A stretch of DNA of 64,000 nucleotides, from assembly GCF_041956535.1 (NCBI RefSeq), contig NW_027192202.1, forward strand, positions 324,654 to 388,653, written 5' to 3'. This document shows, one piece after another, positions 63,148-64,000 of this stretch. Source of the stretch: Calcarisporiella thermophila CBS 279.70. Its lineage: Eukaryota > Fungi > Calcarisporiellomycota. Every line of letters starts with the position of its first letter. Positions within the stretch are counted from its first letter, which is position 1. The notes under the pieces are model-generated. The model was not told where the DNA came from, did no database searches, and saw only the letters and a list, made by a program, of their open reading frames with translations. Both the position numbers and the translations under genes were made by a program.

Positions 63148-64000
63148 ATGCTCACCGCCGATATTACCGCATCTAGTACCCCTACTAGTTTATCAGATAG
63201 CGCTCAACCTCATATTGTGATTGTGGGTGCAAACTATGGAGGTTTAAGCGTAGCGAAAAACCTGTATGCCCGGTTCATTGCTCCCTCCCGGAAATCGGGC
63301 GATGATACCGAAGCCAAGCCTGAAGAACCGACTCAGTTGATTCCTCCCCGCGTCACTCTTATCGATAAACGGGATGGATTCCTTCACTTGATCGGTATGT
63401 GCCGGGCCGTTGTCGACGTTCCATTCGGCGACAGTATCTGGCTGCCGCATGCAGATTGTCCCTGGCTCCAGCACCCAATGTTCCAACGAGAGAAGGGAAA
63501 GGTCGTCTCGGTGCATCCTCACCATCTCGAACTAGAAGACGGTCGAAGCATAGATTTTGATTACTTGGTTATCGCTACAGGGTTGACGAGAGCACCGCCA
63601 ATTTGGCCTCAAGCAACTGATCATGACGAGTACAAGGCCGAAATTCGTCGGTATCTCGAAGAAATCAAACCTGCAGATCGAGCTGTAGTAGTAGGGGGCG
63701 GTGCGGTGGGGGTGGAGATCGCCGCCGAAATCAAGGAGGAATTTCCCGAAAAGCACGTAACCCTTGTTCACTCTCGAGAGCTACCTATTGTGGGTCCATT
63801 TATTAAAGAATTCCGCACCCGAGTTGTGGAGGAGTTGGAGGCAGCAGGTGTAGAAGTCATCCTTGGTGAGCGAGTCGTGTCTGAGAAAATTCAAGACGAA
63901 GCGAGCTCGGCTGACGGAACAGTTGAGAAAACAATCGACCCAAGCCCCAAGATCACCAACAAATCCGCAACTGCCACCGCAGTGGAGCTCACTACCTCTT
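63148..64000 (+). CDS. AIF/AMID (AIFM2/FSP1-like) FAD/NAD(P)H oxidoreductase, 3'-truncated by the window end; missing from the ORF track
   Basis: HIVIVGANYGGLSVA, VTLIDKRDGF, FDYLVIATG, VVVGGGAVGVEIAAEIKEEFPEKHVTLVHS. Confidence 0.88.
   Translation, partial: MLTADITASSTPTSLSDSAQPHIVIVGANYGGLSVAKNLYARFIAPSRKSGDDTEAKPEEPTQLIPPRVTLIDKRDGFLHLIGMCRAVVDVPFGDSIWLPHADCPWLQHPMFQREKGKVVSVHPHHLELEDGRSIDFDYLVIATGLTRAPPIWPQATDHDEYKAEIRRYLEEIKPADRAVVVGGGAVGVEIAAEIKEEFPEKHVTLVHSRELPIVGPFIKEFRTRVVEELEAAGVEVILGERVVSEKIQDEASSADGTVEKTIDPSPKITNKSATATAVELTTS

Overview
Gene-dense, intron-rich eukaryotic DNA with about 25 protein-coding genes. Short GT-AG introns with CTAAC/CTGAC branch points and fungal-type proteins point to a fungus. 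A minor-spliceosome AT-AC intron and a phosphorylase-kinase regulatory subunit suggest an early-diverging (non-Dikarya) lineage; this taxon call is inference. Housekeeping genes: v-SNARE, GSH1, ENT3-type epsin, NR2C2AP-like, BOS1, NDUFS4, DBP10, a KH-domain protein, uL14m, EMC1, a CLA4-type PAK kinase, SIT4/PP6, MCM6, and an AIF/AMID-like oxidoreductase truncated at the window end. Most notable: (1) a secreted LPMO-like protein that has lost its copper histidine brace and carries a dibasic Gly/Arg/Gln repeat tail; (2) a U12-type AT-AC intron required for the NR2C2AP-like frame; (3) a phosphorylase-kinase alpha/beta-like protein with an inserted ILEI/PANDER domain and no CaaX; (4) a bacterial-type GH46 chitosanase with an intron; (5) an AVEN-like protein; (6) an EF-hand fused to a YPR011C/MRX21-type carrier. 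All exon structures and family calls were made by eye without database searches. No rRNA, tRNA, CRISPR array or autonomous transposon was found.
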